A program made the position numbers and the translations under genes. Below, one piece after another: positions 39,953-50,126 of a stretch of 64,000 nucleotides of DNA. Positions within the stretch are counted from its first letter, which is position 1; every line of letters begins with the position of its first letter. Source of the stretch: an uncultured Acidobacteriota bacterium (GTDB lineage Bacteria > Acidobacteriota > UBA6911). The stretch is from NCBI GenBank assembly GCA_963843575.1, contig CAWJKZ010000015.1:192001-256000 (forward strand), in the 5' to 3' direction. The notes beneath the pieces were generated by a model that was given only the letters and a program-made list of their open reading frames with translations, searched no databases and was not told where the DNA came from.

Positions 39953-41209
39953 TTACCTTAGGCCGAGCTTCTCTTTCATGTACGGAAACACCAGAGTGAC
40001 CGGACGTTGTTTCCTGGTCACGATCTCCCCCTGACACAGAGCGCCGCCGCTCAGCTTGATCGGTGCGCCTTGCGCGGAGGACCAACGATACCCGGTGGGC
40101 GTCGATGGATCCGCCTGCATCTCGACATGAACTTCCGTGACCGGGCCCCCGGAAATAAGCGTCCTGACCAGTGGCGCATTTTCGAAGATTCTCATCAGCG
40201 CCTCTTCAGTCGCCGGATAGTCGGCGATGAAGGTGACCTTGCCGCGAATGTAGCCGAACTCCTCGCGTCTCACTTCGGTGGGCGAGATCTCGGCATCCAT
40301 CTCAGGCTGGACTTCTTTGGCCCTCGCGGCGGGTGTGAACAGCACCGCTTCGAGCTTGACGACGTCGGGTTGCAGGCTGATTACGGGTGTGCCTACCTGA
40401 ACCAGGCTGCCGGGTGAAACTTGCACCTCAACCACCTGTCCGGCGTAGGGCGTAACCACCTTCGATTGCATCTCGAGTTCCTTCTGCAGGACCTGCAATT
40501 CGCGATTGAACTCCGCGATTCGGTTGTCTGACTGCAGGTTGGCCTCCAGGCTTTCGTTGCGCGTCTGAAACTCCATAGAATCCAGCTGGGTGATCTGAGC
40601 GTGCCGGGACCCAATGTTGCTCTGAATACCCACAAGTTTCTCACGCGTCAGATAGGTTTGCTGCTTTGTGATAAGCCCTTTGGACAGAAGTTCTTCGTCG
40701 ACCGGGATCTGCTCCTGGACCAGCTTCGCCTGGTGCTGCAGATCGGAAATCTCTTGCTCCAGATTCGAGCGTTGGCGCGCCAGGAAGGCAAGCTGCAAAC
40801 GGCTGCGGTCCGCCCGGACGTTGAGTAACTCGTTTCGCTGTCTGGTTGCCTCCGTCAATTGGCTTTCCACAACACGAATCTGCTCGAGCAGGGAGGGCTG
40901 GGCGATGGTCCCAATCACCTGGCCCGCCGTGATGTGATCTCCGACATGTACACTCAGATCGGTAACTCGTCCAGTGCCGAGCGGGACCACACTCTGTACG
41001 CCTCCGGAGCGTATGAGCACGCCGTTGCCGGCAACCTTCGTTGTGACCTGTCCCATGTAACCCCATCCCACACTCACGCCGATCAAGGCGACCAGTGCGG
41101 CGAGCGCCAGCCAGTTTTTGGGGTTGGTCACGTGAAGCAGGCGATCGAGTTGTTCCGGTGAGGACAGCCGTTCCAGGGCGACCTTTCTGAAAACAGTCGG
41201 TGAACTCAT
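39953..41209 (-). CDS. NHLM bacteriocin secretion membrane fusion protein (HlyD family)
   Basis: FRKVALERLSSPEQLD.LL.VT, V.REEFGYIRG.V, TPTGYRWSS.QG motifs; ATG 41209. Confidence 0.93.
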   Translation of the reverse strand: MSSPTVFRKVALERLSSPEQLDRLLHVTNPKNWLALAALVALIGVSVGWGYMGQVTTKVAGNGVLIRSGGVQSVVPLGTGRVTDLSVHVGDHITAGQVIGTIAQPSLLEQIRVVESQLTEATRQRNELLNVRADRSRLQLAFLARQRSNLEQEISDLQHQAKLVQEQIPVDEELLSKGLITKQQTYLTREKLVGIQSNIGSRHAQITQLDSMEFQTRNESLEANLQSDNRIAEFNRELQVLQKELEMQSKVVTPYAGQVVEVQVSPGSLVQVGTPVISLQPDVVKLEAVLFTPAARAKEVQPEMDAEISPTEVRREEFGYIRGKVTFIADYPATEEALMRIFENAPLVRTLISGGPVTEVHVEMQADPSTPTGYRWSSAQGAPIKLSGGALCQGEIVTRKQRPVTLVFPYMKEKLGLR

Positions 41210-41420
41210 AGTTCCCTTACAAAGGACAAAGACTGCCACGGATTACACGGCCCGGCCAAGGGCCGCAACCAGTAAATTGGACGCGGATTCCCGTGGAAGA
41301 ACGCGGATTGTACTCGGGCGCGTCCATCCGCTTAAATCCGTGAAATCGTTTAAGATCCGCGTTCCGCTTTTGTTTTTTCATCCGTAGCTGCTTTGATCTT
41401 ACAGACATGGCTTCAGTACC

Positions 41421-42983
41421 TCAGTTCGACGAGGAATCCTGAAACGGGACGGTGAAGAACAAATCTCGATCGACTGATTGTACGTCCCGATCCGGAGCCA
41501 CCAAGGTCCCTGTCGCGAATCGGAACTCGGTCAGTGCCACCGCATACGCTTGTTGGGCGGTCACAAGGTCCAGCAGCGCAGACGTCAGACGGCTTTCAAT
41601 CGTAAGGAGGTCGGTGAGCGAACCCGCACCCAGGCGCAATTTGTCCTTTTCGCCCTGCAGCGCGGCCTCGAAGCCACTGACAGACTCGCGAGCTTGCTTG
41701 AGTCGGCTCATACTGTTCGATACGGCTGCGGCCGTGCTCGGGACTGCACTCGCGATGGCTCGCTCTTTGTCGGAACGCAGCAATACGGTCTCCTGGTACG
41801 AAGCCTCCGCCTCGGCCACTTTGCCTAAGGCAAAGTTGTTCACTCGAGGGAACGAATAGCGCAGACCAAAGACAAAATCAGGACCGCGGCTGCGCGTAAA
41901 AGGCGAGATCAGGAATTCATCCGGGCGACGGCCCTCCTGCAACGCCGAGTAGCCGCCGCTCATCGTCAAATCCAGCTGCGGCAAAAGATTATTCCGGGCG
42001 GGTTTGCGCAGTGTGTCTGCTTCTTCCCTGCGCGACTCGGCGGCGAACAGGTCGGCCCTGCGCTGGAGCGCCTGCTCCACGTAGAATCTGAGACTTTCCG
42101 GCGAAGTAGAGGGAGGCTTCTGCTTCGCGTCATCAGGAAAGGCATCCGAGGGGGCCGGTAAATCCATACGTTGCACGTCCGTCAAGCCCATCGCCAATGC
42201 CAGACGGTAGCGTGAGTCGACGACCTGCTGTTCTGCCAGGATTCGATCGGACGCCCGGGCCGCGAGATTCGCCTGCACCTGATAGATTTCGCTGCGTGGA
42301 ATCTTGTCTGCCCGTATCAGGACACCCACATTCTCGACGAATTCCCTTCCGCGCGCCTCGGACCCGGTGATGATCTCCAATCGCTTCAGCGAAGCGACGT
42401 AGTCCCAATAGTTCGTCGCGGTGGCTACAATGAGTTCGGCAGCGGTCTGGTTGAGATCGTACTGGCTGGCCTGAACCGCGAATCCGGCTGAACTCTCCAG
42501 CGCTGTCACGATTTCTCTTCCTCGGCCGCGCCGGAGCGGCAGAGTCACATCGAGGCTCAAGCGCGCTCGGTTGGTCCCGTCCCGGATCTGCAGATTATCC
42601 GTCGTTCGGATGATTTCGAATCGCGGCCCGATCACTACACCCGAACGAAGCAGACGCGCGGTGCCGGTACTGAGTGTCGTCAGATTCAGTGCCTGGTTGT
42701 CGATGTTGAAGCCCGATTGCTGGGCGAATAGACGTTCCGCTTCCGTCATCGGGCTGTTGCTGCGCTTCTGATCCGCCGACCATTGCAGCTGAGTATCAAA
42801 GTCGCCGCTGCGCTGCTGTCGAATAGCCCGGCCGAGCTCAACCTGCTGCTGTTGCACTCGCAACTGCGGGTGCAATCGCAAGGTGGACTGGACGGCCTCG
42901 AGCAAACCCAAGCCCGCGCGATCGTTCTGAGGTGGAGCAATCAGGAGGGGAAACAGCAACCAGACATGCCCGAACTGACCCAT
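41421..42983 (-). CDS. TolC-family outer membrane efflux protein
   Basis: Signal-like N-terminus, LPQLDL, E..KL.LG.GS..DLL...RL..A......A...Y......FR.ATG pattern. Confidence 0.85.
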   Translation of the reverse strand: MGQFGHVWLLFPLLIAPPQNDRAGLGLLEAVQSTLRLHPQLRVQQQQVELGRAIRQQRSGDFDTQLQWSADQKRSNSPMTEAERLFAQQSGFNIDNQALNLTTLSTGTARLLRSGVVIGPRFEIIRTTDNLQIRDGTNRARLSLDVTLPLRRGRGREIVTALESSAGFAVQASQYDLNQTAAELIVATATNYWDYVASLKRLEIITGSEARGREFVENVGVLIRADKIPRSEIYQVQANLAARASDRILAEQQVVDSRYRLALAMGLTDVQRMDLPAPSDAFPDDAKQKPPSTSPESLRFYVEQALQRRADLFAAESRREEADTLRKPARNNLLPQLDLTMSGGYSALQEGRRPDEFLISPFTRSRGPDFVFGLRYSFPRVNNFALGKVAEAEASYQETVLLRSDKERAIASAVPSTAAAVSNSMSRLKQARESVSGFEAALQGEKDKLRLGAGSLTDLLTIESRLTSALLDLVTAQQAYAVALTEFRFATGTLVAPDRDVQSVDRDLFFTVPFQDSSSN

Positions 42984-43351
42984 ACCATCCCCGAAGCGTA
43001 ATCAACCCTAGAAAGGACGTTGCCGAAACCGGGCGAATATTGGCACAATTCTCGAGGACGTAGCGGAAGGTCGAAAACCTGACTGGCTTGGAATTGGCCG
43101 GCCGGATATCCACCGGATCCGGACCGGACGGCATGGCCTGGGTCGCGGGCCGCTGAGGACTAGCGCCGCGCCGCAGTCGAAGTAGCGCACGAAACCACAA
43201 GGATGACGGCGGTCCTCCGGCCGGTTCGTACCTTTAATTATGCGTCGCTAACCCCAGTGTTGCTGGCGCCCTTCCGGTGGCGCCCTGCCCTGCATCCCGC
43301 CGGATTCCCCGCTCGAGTTCGGCTGCGTGACCCAGGCCTTCCTGCGCCTCA

Positions 43352-44557
43352 CTACCCGGGCGCGGCGCCCTGGGTCTGCACCTGGAGCAGGTACAGCGAC
43401 TGGCTCGCGGTGACGAAGAGGTGGTCCCGTTTCGGGCCGCCGAACGCGAGATTGGCGGCCGCCTCCGGCAGCCGTATGCGTCCCGCGAGTTTTCCCAGTG
43501 GGTTGAATACGAGCACGCCGGCATAGCCGAGCGGCGCATTGGAGCTGCACCAGACGTGGCCGGTGACGTCCGCGCGCAGGCCGTCCGGCCCACAATGGAT
43601 CCCATCGACGGTCATGTCGGTGAACAGCCGTTGGTTCGCCAGCTTGCTCCCCTGCACGTCGAAGGCATAGACGACTCCTTTGCCGCCGGGTCCCGTGTCC
43701 CCTGGCCCCTTGCCTGTGCTGGCGATGTAGAGCGTCTTGTAGTCCGGCGAAAAGCAGAGGCCGTTTGGGTCGGGCAACTGATCTTCCCGGACAACGATCT
43801 CGAGTCTGCCGGCCGGGTTCCACCGGTAGACATTCGTCGGCAATTCGCGCTGCTGGCCGCCGACCTCCACGTTTTCCGTGCCGATGCGCGGGTTGAAGAT
43901 GCCTCCGGGGTTCGTTTTACCGCCCGCGACATCCGGGTGGCCCTCGGACAGCCGGGCGCCGTAGGGTGGATCCGTGAACCAGACGCTACCGTCCGGGTGC
44001 GGCACGAGGTCGTTGGGCGAGTTGAGATGTTTGCCGTCCAACGAGTCCGCAACCACCGTCATGGAGCCGTCGTGTTCCCACCGCACCACGCGACGATGGA
44101 AGTGCTGCGCTGTAAGCTGGCGCCCCTGGAAATCGAAGGTATTGCCGTTGCTATTGAAGGAGGGGCGGCGGAAGACAGTCACCTTCCGGTCGTCCCAGAG
44201 GAAGCGATACTGGGTGTTGTCCTGGACATCGCTGAACACCAGGTACCGGCCCTGACTGGACCAGGCGGGACCTTCCGCCCATTTCGAGCCGGTCCAGACA
44301 CGCCGGATCGCGGTGATCCCGAGCATCAGTTCCCTGAACGACGGCTCGATCACGATGATATCGGGATCGGGATAGATGGTCGGAGCCGCGTCGCTCTCCC
44401 ACTGACGGGGAGGGTTGCTGACGACACTGGGCGGCGTGCCGGTCTGTTGCGCCAAGGCCGGCGCCCGCGCCAGCAGAAGCGCGCTGGCTGCCGCGCCGGA
44501 GCCGTGCAGGAAGGTGCGCCGGGACTGGAGCGTTGGTGTTCCCCGTGTCTGCCGCAT
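43352..44557 (-). CDS. SMP-30/gluconolactonase family protein, Tat-exported
   Basis: SRRTFL motif; WAEGP, SNGN, NSPND, FTDPPYG, PNGLCFSPD, PDG motifs; ATG 44557 with GGAGG. Confidence 0.93.
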   Translation of the reverse strand: MRQTRGTPTLQSRRTFLHGSGAAASALLLARAPALAQQTGTPPSVVSNPPRQWESDAAPTIYPDPDIIVIEPSFRELMLGITAIRRVWTGSKWAEGPAWSSQGRYLVFSDVQDNTQYRFLWDDRKVTVFRRPSFNSNGNTFDFQGRQLTAQHFHRRVVRWEHDGSMTVVADSLDGKHLNSPNDLVPHPDGSVWFTDPPYGARLSEGHPDVAGGKTNPGGIFNPRIGTENVEVGGQQRELPTNVYRWNPAGRLEIVVREDQLPDPNGLCFSPDYKTLYIASTGKGPGDTGPGGKGVVYAFDVQGSKLANQRLFTDMTVDGIHCGPDGLRADVTGHVWCSSNAPLGYAGVLVFNPLGKLAGRIRLPEAAANLAFGGPKRDHLFVTASQSLYLLQVQTQGAAPG

Positions 44558-44804
44558 GAGGTTGCCTCCGTCGTGCTCGAACACGCTATTCCTTTTCCAC
44601 AATGCCAGTATAGGATAACGCGTTTCTGGAACGCGGATTGCCGAAGATTACCGTCGATCCGCGTGAACCCGTCAAATCCACGGACATCCGCGTTCTGTTT
44701 TTGCTCTCGTCTTCCCTGAACGGTCCAGACGCAGATGAACACCGATCACGGCCGCGTTATTCCTGGACCCGATAATATGTCACCGCAATTATGAAATAGC
44801 GTAC

Positions 44805-45791
44805 CTAGTGGTCCAGCTCGGCGAGGAGCTTGCGATAGTACGCATAGTTCTCAAAAGGGACATCGTCCCGGACCCTGCCGTCCGCCAGGGGCACATATCC
44901 GCCTTCGGCTACCAGCGGAGCCTTGCTCGTGACCTCGTGTCGTATCGCCTCTTTACCGCGACGCAGCACATCAAGGTCGATGCCTCCGATGAGTCGAAGG
45001 TCCCGGCCGAATTCGCCCCGCAGTTGCCGGTAGTCCATGGCGCTGGTATTCGCCTCGCAAGCCCAGAGGCAGGTAAAACCCCACTTGAGAATCGACGGGA
45101 TGAGGATTCTGCTGTTTGCGTAGGTACGGAAAATGATCGTCTCGACGCCTCGCCGCCGGAGGACCCGAAGGACCGGCTCGTGGTTTCTCAGCACGAACTC
45201 CTCGTAGTGGCGCGGTGACACCAGGGGACCCGGGTTGCCGCCGATCGGCTCGCTGAACACGGCCGCGTCAATCTCCACGGTGTCCAGGAGGCGGTCGGTC
45301 AGAGAGGCGGCAAACTGAGCCTGCAGCGCCATCGCGGCGCTCACGAACGCGGGGTCGTCGTTAATCAGGAACATGAGTTCCGTGAGACGTTTCCAGTCCC
45401 GAACCCCCATGGACAAGAAGAATCCACGATGGACCCGGAGCATCAGCACATAATCGCGATCGGATCCCGCCCGCACGTGCTTCGCCCAGTCCTCGGGCAG
45501 GCGGTCCGGGTCTTCCGGGTCGAGCAGGCGCGAGAAGTTGTCCAACTCGGAAACCGACGTCGGCCATGAATCCGGCTCGGGGAGTGGGCGCAAGTCGAGT
45601 TCCGGTTCTTCGCGCCGGTCCGACTGGAACAGCCTCGAGACGCGCGAACCGCGGGGCAGGCCCTGTCGTCGCCAGGCCCGCAGGGTGTCGTCGCGCAGAC
45701 CCTCTTCAAAATACGGCACCCGGTCCGGGGTCCCGAGGCGCATGACTTCGCGGAAACGGGTGCGGCTGTTCCAGACGGGTATCGGACTCAT
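44805..45791 (-). CDS. uroporphyrinogen decarboxylase (URO-D/methyltransferase)-fold protein
   Basis: PLVSP..YEEF, MDY..LR.EFG.DL..IGGID, GGYVP..D...V..DVPFENY.YY pattern. Confidence 0.8.
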   Translation of the reverse strand: MSPIPVWNSRTRFREVMRLGTPDRVPYFEEGLRDDTLRAWRRQGLPRGSRVSRLFQSDRREEPELDLRPLPEPDSWPTSVSELDNFSRLLDPEDPDRLPEDWAKHVRAGSDRDYVLMLRVHRGFFLSMGVRDWKRLTELMFLINDDPAFVSAAMALQAQFAASLTDRLLDTVEIDAAVFSEPIGGNPGPLVSPRHYEEFVLRNHEPVLRVLRRRGVETIIFRTYANSRILIPSILKWGFTCLWACEANTSAMDYRQLRGEFGRDLRLIGGIDLDVLRRGKEAIRHEVTSKAPLVAEGGYVPLADGRVRDDVPFENYAYYRKLLAELDH

Positions 45792-45955
45792 GAAGCCATC
45801 TTAGGCGCAAAGGCAAGAACCAGCCATCAGACTTTCTGTTCCACGGCAAGGTTCTCCCATCGCTTCCGTCGTCGGTTGCACAAATCGGCCCGGCTCCCTG
45901 TTCGGATATTTGCGGCAGGTGATACAATGTATTAACAAATAGATGGAGGCCGTTT

Positions 45956-46183
45956 ATGACCAAAACATTAACCAGGCATGGGAACAGTCTGGCACTGGTA
46001 ATCGACAAACCGATACTGGAGCAGATGGGTATTGATGAGACCACGCCCCTCACGCTGGCATTTGATGGTCGCTGCGTGATCGTTACGCGTGCATCCAGCA
46101 CCGCCCGTCGCAAGATGGTCCGTTCCGCCATTGATGAGATCCATCACGAGTTTGGGAATGCGCTGAAAAAGCTCGCTGAATGA
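45956..46183 (+). CDS. AbrB/MazE-fold antitoxin
   Basis: TKTLTRHGNSLALVIDKPILE; GGAGG RBS; ATGA overlap with the Doc gene. Confidence 0.88.
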   Translation: MTKTLTRHGNSLALVIDKPILEQMGIDETTPLTLAFDGRCVIVTRASSTARRKMVRSAIDEIHHEFGNALKKLAE

Positions 46184-46632
46184 GGCCTCAGATGGAAATC
46201 GCGTTTCTCACCCTGGAGGACGTTCTGGCGCTGCAAGGAGAGCTGATCCGGCGATATGGAGGGACTCCCGGATTGCGCGATGCCGGTCTGCTGGAAGCAG
46301 CACTGGCTATGCCACAGGCCGGATTTGGAGGCCAATATTTTCACGAATTTCCTCATGAGATGGGAGCGGCCTATCTTTTCCACCTTGTTCGCAATCACGC
46401 CTTTATTGACGGAAACAAGCGAGTCGCCCTGGCGTGCGCGATTCTATTTTTCAAAATCAACCTCGTACCCTACTCATTAACGGAAGAAGAGGCGGTCGAA
46501 CTAACTCTTGGTGCAGCAAGTGGCCGAATAGATAAGGGCGCCGTGACGTTGTTTTTCCAGCAGCACTCGAAAATGCAACATAATCCGAACACATCTATAA
46601 CAAAGAGAAAAGATAGAGGAAGTCCAAAATAG
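46180..46632 (+). CDS. doc: death-on-curing (Doc/Fic) toxin
   Basis: YGG.PGLRD.GLLE.AL..P; NHAFIDGNKR Fic motif. Confidence 0.9.
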   Translation: MRPQMEIAFLTLEDVLALQGELIRRYGGTPGLRDAGLLEAALAMPQAGFGGQYFHEFPHEMGAAYLFHLVRNHAFIDGNKRVALACAILFFKINLVPYSLTEEEAVELTLGAASGRIDKGAVTLFFQQHSKMQHNPNTSITKRKDRGSPK

Positions 46633-46724
46633 CCTGGCGAATCCTGCCATACCCCTGAAGGGGAATGGCGCAATGAGAGGCCAGAAGGTATTCCGAAATA
46701 AAGTCTACGAGGAGAATGGCTTAG

Positions 46725-46801
<77 letters not shown>

Positions 46802-46973
46802 ACATTGCTTGTTTTCAAAGACTTAGCGGACTCGTAGAGTACCACGGAATCACCCGTGGTGTCCATCACTCAGCAGAGCCGCGGCCTTCCGGCGCTCCGT
46901 AGCGCCCGGGTGGGAGTACCGCTCGGTCATCTCGATCGATACATGACCCAGCAGGTTTCGAACGCATTTGTCG

Positions 46974-47127
46974 GGACGCGGATGCGCGCGGATCCCCACG
47001 GGTCGATCTGGCGACAGGCCGCGGTCGATCCGCGTGAATCCGTTGGATCCGCGGAATCTGCGTTCTGTTTTGGTTTTTGTTTTTCATCGCCCGTGTTGTT
47101 CTGCGTCCTGAAAAATACGTCAGCGTA
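46974..47127. repeat. family B palindromic element (ACGCGGAT...ATCCGCGT, ~9-nt periodic)
   Basis: Highly similar to 59219-59370. Confidence 0.8.
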
Positions 47128-47640
47128 GTTGCCTGCGTCGCGGCGCCTTGCATCTGCAACGCTGAATACAGGGTGTATCAATATTGGTGGCGCCGTATCG
47201 CGGTTGACAGCAAAACAGCCGGGCCTTAGAATGCACCCTAGTACCACGCATGCTGCAATTTCGCATGCGCCGGGTCCTGGAGGATGCTCCTTCAGGAGGA
47301 ATCCGCGGTTGGTCGGGCCGCCATCCGAAGAATCATAGGGCGCCATAAGGGGCCGGTTGCAGCATGTTTGAAAACCGGCGCCGGGCAGTTGCTCGAAAAT
47401 GGTTTCTTCGGTCGGCTCGCAAGGCGGGTTTGCGGCGCGGTGCGATGTAACGAGATTTTCGCTTCGCTTCTATTCTCTCAGCCCCTCCCGCGTATCCCCT
47501 GAACGCTGCAGAGCGTTCCCTCGCAGCTACTCTGCACCGCAAAATCCAGAGCCGATTCTTCACTGCGATCAGAAAAATTGCCTAGGCGAATCCTCTCCTC
47601 CCGTTTGTGCGGTCGGAGTGCAGCGAAAAAGAGGCCAGTC

Positions 47641-47736
47641 ATGGCATTAGACAAAATCGTAGTGCTCGTTCTAGCGACCTTGTTCTTTGGAGGCATATTC
47701 TATCTGGCCTGGAAGAACCGCTCAAAAGCCAAGTGA
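47641..47736 (+). CDS. 31-aa single-pass membrane peptide (MALDKIVVLVLATLFFGGIFYLAWKNRSKAK)
   Basis: AAGAGG RBS, hydrophobic helix with a basic tail; below the ORF-track size cutoff. Confidence 0.55.
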   Translation: MALDKIVVLVLATLFFGGIFYLAWKNRSKAK

Positions 47737-48046
47737 CTGTCCACAGTCGGACCCAGTGAACCTGTCCCTGTCGTCTGCAACGAACACGGCCCTGAACCGC
47801 AGGAGTTCACTGTCGATGTGGACCGCATGATTGGGATCTTTCGCGATGGGTTTCAGCACTTTGAGACTGAGCTTCGTCGAAAGGACATAGCTGGTGATAT
47901 TGGCAACCATGAGTGGCAAGATGATGGCATAGTTGCTTCTTGCCGCTTTCGGCGCCCTGTGGCGATACCCGAGTGTCGCTTTAAGGTCAGGGTGGCGGTT
48001 GGTCGGTTTGGCGACTGCAACCACGGGTGCGGCCGACACCGTGGCG

Positions 48047-48583
48047 CTAGCGCGCCGAGCCGAGATGGCGGATGGCGTCCCAGAGATTGGTGAAGTATTC
48101 CACGGCGACCGGATCGACGCGGGTCGGCGTCCAGACGTGCTGGCCGATACCCAGCTGTGCCAGCACATACCGGCCGACGGCGAGCTGCCCGATTGCGGTA
48201 TCGCCGGTCGCAAACTGGCCCAAACCATACAGGACGCCCAGCGCTACCTGACCTGCCGCGAACAGCGCTCCCCCGGCCTGAGCCAGGCATAGGATGATCC
48301 CGATACTCACCTGACCGATACCCACGACGCCGGCCGAGGCTTGGCCGATCGCGATCACGCCCAGCGCGAGCCGTCCCACCGCCAGAAACCCTCTCGCAAC
48401 CACCCGCCTGCCTGTCTCCGGGCAGATGCCTCGCGTGTAATGTACGAGAGGCATTCCGAAGACCTGGGTGTTACTGCGAAACTCTGCAAAATAGCGGCCG
48501 TCGGGATAAACGAACCGCCGCCAGGAGCCGCGCGGCGTTTCCTCGACCTGGTACTCCACTTTTTCCAGAAGCATGTTCTTCAT
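48047..48583 (-). CDS. hypothetical membrane protein with Gly-rich repeats
   Basis: GMPLVH...VARGFLAVG..A.G.IAIGQ repeats; ATG 48583. Confidence 0.7.
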   Translation of the reverse strand: MKNMLLEKVEYQVEETPRGSWRRFVYPDGRYFAEFRSNTQVFGMPLVHYTRGICPETGRRVVARGFLAVGRLALGVIAIGQASAGVVGIGQVSIGIILCLAQAGGALFAAGQVALGVLYGLGQFATGDTAIGQLAVGRYVLAQLGIGQHVWTPTRVDPVAVEYFTNLWDAIRHLGSAR

Positions 48584-48825
48584 GATATGTAACCTGTTCG
48601 GCCCCTTGTTGTGGTTTGCACCATGATAGCCTGTCGGTGGGCGTTTGCGATCCTGATTTCGGAACCCACCTACCCGCGAGCGCCCTGGAACTCCTGATCG
48701 GGTCCGGAAGGACGTCCGGAAATTGGTATCATCCCTCCAGATTACGACTGGCAAGCACGAACCTTCCGGGCCAGGCATTGGTCCGCAACGGTTCTGATGG
48801 CTCGGGGTACAACGGGGGAAAAGAC

Positions 48826-49392
48826 ATGCGGAAATTGGTGGTTTTCAACCATGTGACGCTCGACGGGTATTTCACCGACGCGGCCGGCAACATGAGTTGG
48901 GCTTACGGCGGCAACGACGACGCCGAGTGGAACGCGTTCGTCGCAGGCAATGCCGGCGGCGGCGGCGAACTGCTGCTCGGCCGGATCACCTATGACCTGA
49001 TGGCCGGCTATTGGCCCACACCCAATGCGATCAGGGACAATCCCGCGGTGGCCAAGGGCATGAACAGCATGCCGAAGGTCGTGTTTTCGAGAACGCTGGG
49101 TAGGGTGTCCTGGAGCAACACCAGGCTCGTGAGGGACGGCCTCGCGTCGGAAGTGCGCAGGATGAAGGGAGAACCGGGGCCGGACATGGTGATCCTGGGG
49201 AGCGGCAGCATTGTTGCGCAGTTGGCGCCGGAGGGATTGATCGACGAGTACCAGGCCGTGGTGAATCCCGTGGCTCTGGGCCGGGGGCGGACGATGTTCG
49301 ACGGCATGAAAGCGAAACTGCACCTGAAGCTGGCGAAGACACGAGCCTTCGGCAACGGGAAAGTACTGTTGTGCTACGAACCGGTGGCGTGA
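48826..49392 (+). CDS. dihydrofolate reductase/RibD C-terminal family protein
   Basis: MRKLVV...TLDGY, LLGRITY, KVVFSRTL, GSGSIV, LIDEY...V.PV.LG.G motifs. Confidence 0.92.
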   Translation: MRKLVVFNHVTLDGYFTDAAGNMSWAYGGNDDAEWNAFVAGNAGGGGELLLGRITYDLMAGYWPTPNAIRDNPAVAKGMNSMPKVVFSRTLGRVSWSNTRLVRDGLASEVRRMKGEPGPDMVILGSGSIVAQLAPEGLIDEYQAVVNPVALGRGRTMFDGMKAKLHLKLAKTRAFGNGKVLLCYEPVA

Positions 49393-49583
49393 TTGCGTCT
49401 ACTCAGTGGTCAGTTTCATGAATATGGCGGCGCGTTTTTCGTACGCCGACTGGCGCAGATCAAAAACAAAGGCATTGGCCTCGGATGCCTACGGCCGATC
49501 CGCGTGAATCGTTGAAATCCGCGAACATCCGCGTTCCGCTTTTGCCTTTGTCTTTCCCAGGTAAACTCTCTGTGGAGGTTCAG

Positions 49584-50072
49584 GTGGGGCCTGTCCTTTT
49601 GTTTTTCAGCACCGATCACCGCAGACTGAATCGGCTGCTCCTGCGGGCAATCGGCCAGCCCGGCCGCATCGACCTGCCGGTCTTTGAGGAATTCCGCGCC
49701 GGGCTGCTCAAGCACATCGGGATGGAGGAGAAGGTGCTCTTGCCTGCGGCCCGGCGTGCCCGGGGAGGGGAGCAGCTACCGCTGGCGCGCCGGCTGCGCC
49801 TGGATCACGGCGCGATAGCGAGCCTGCTCGTGCCGACGCCCACGGTCGCCGTGGTGGAAAAACTCGTGTCGGTGCTGACGCCCCACAACGAGGTGGAAGA
49901 ACAGCCCGCGGGGCTCTACGAACAGTGCGACGAGTTGCTGGTCGCCGAGACGGCCTCCCTGCTGGAGCGGCTCCGCGCCTTCCCTGAAGTTCCGCTTGCG
50001 CCGCACAGCGACGGGCCGCTGGTCGAGCGCACGATCGAGAACGCGATCCGGCGCGCGCGCGAGTCGTGGTAG
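49584..50072 (+). CDS. hemerythrin-like (HHE) domain protein
   Basis: DHRRL, HIGMEEKVL, DH, HNEVEE..GLY motifs; GGAGG plus GTG start. Confidence 0.8.
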   Translation: MGPVLLFFSTDHRRLNRLLLRAIGQPGRIDLPVFEEFRAGLLKHIGMEEKVLLPAARRARGGEQLPLARRLRLDHGAIASLLVPTPTVAVVEKLVSVLTPHNEVEEQPAGLYEQCDELLVAETASLLERLRAFPEVPLAPHSDGPLVERTIENAIRRARESW

Positions 50073-50126
50073 CGAACCCCGGGTCAAGCTTCGGAAGCCG
50101 GAACGACCCCGCCCCAGCCGTCCGTA

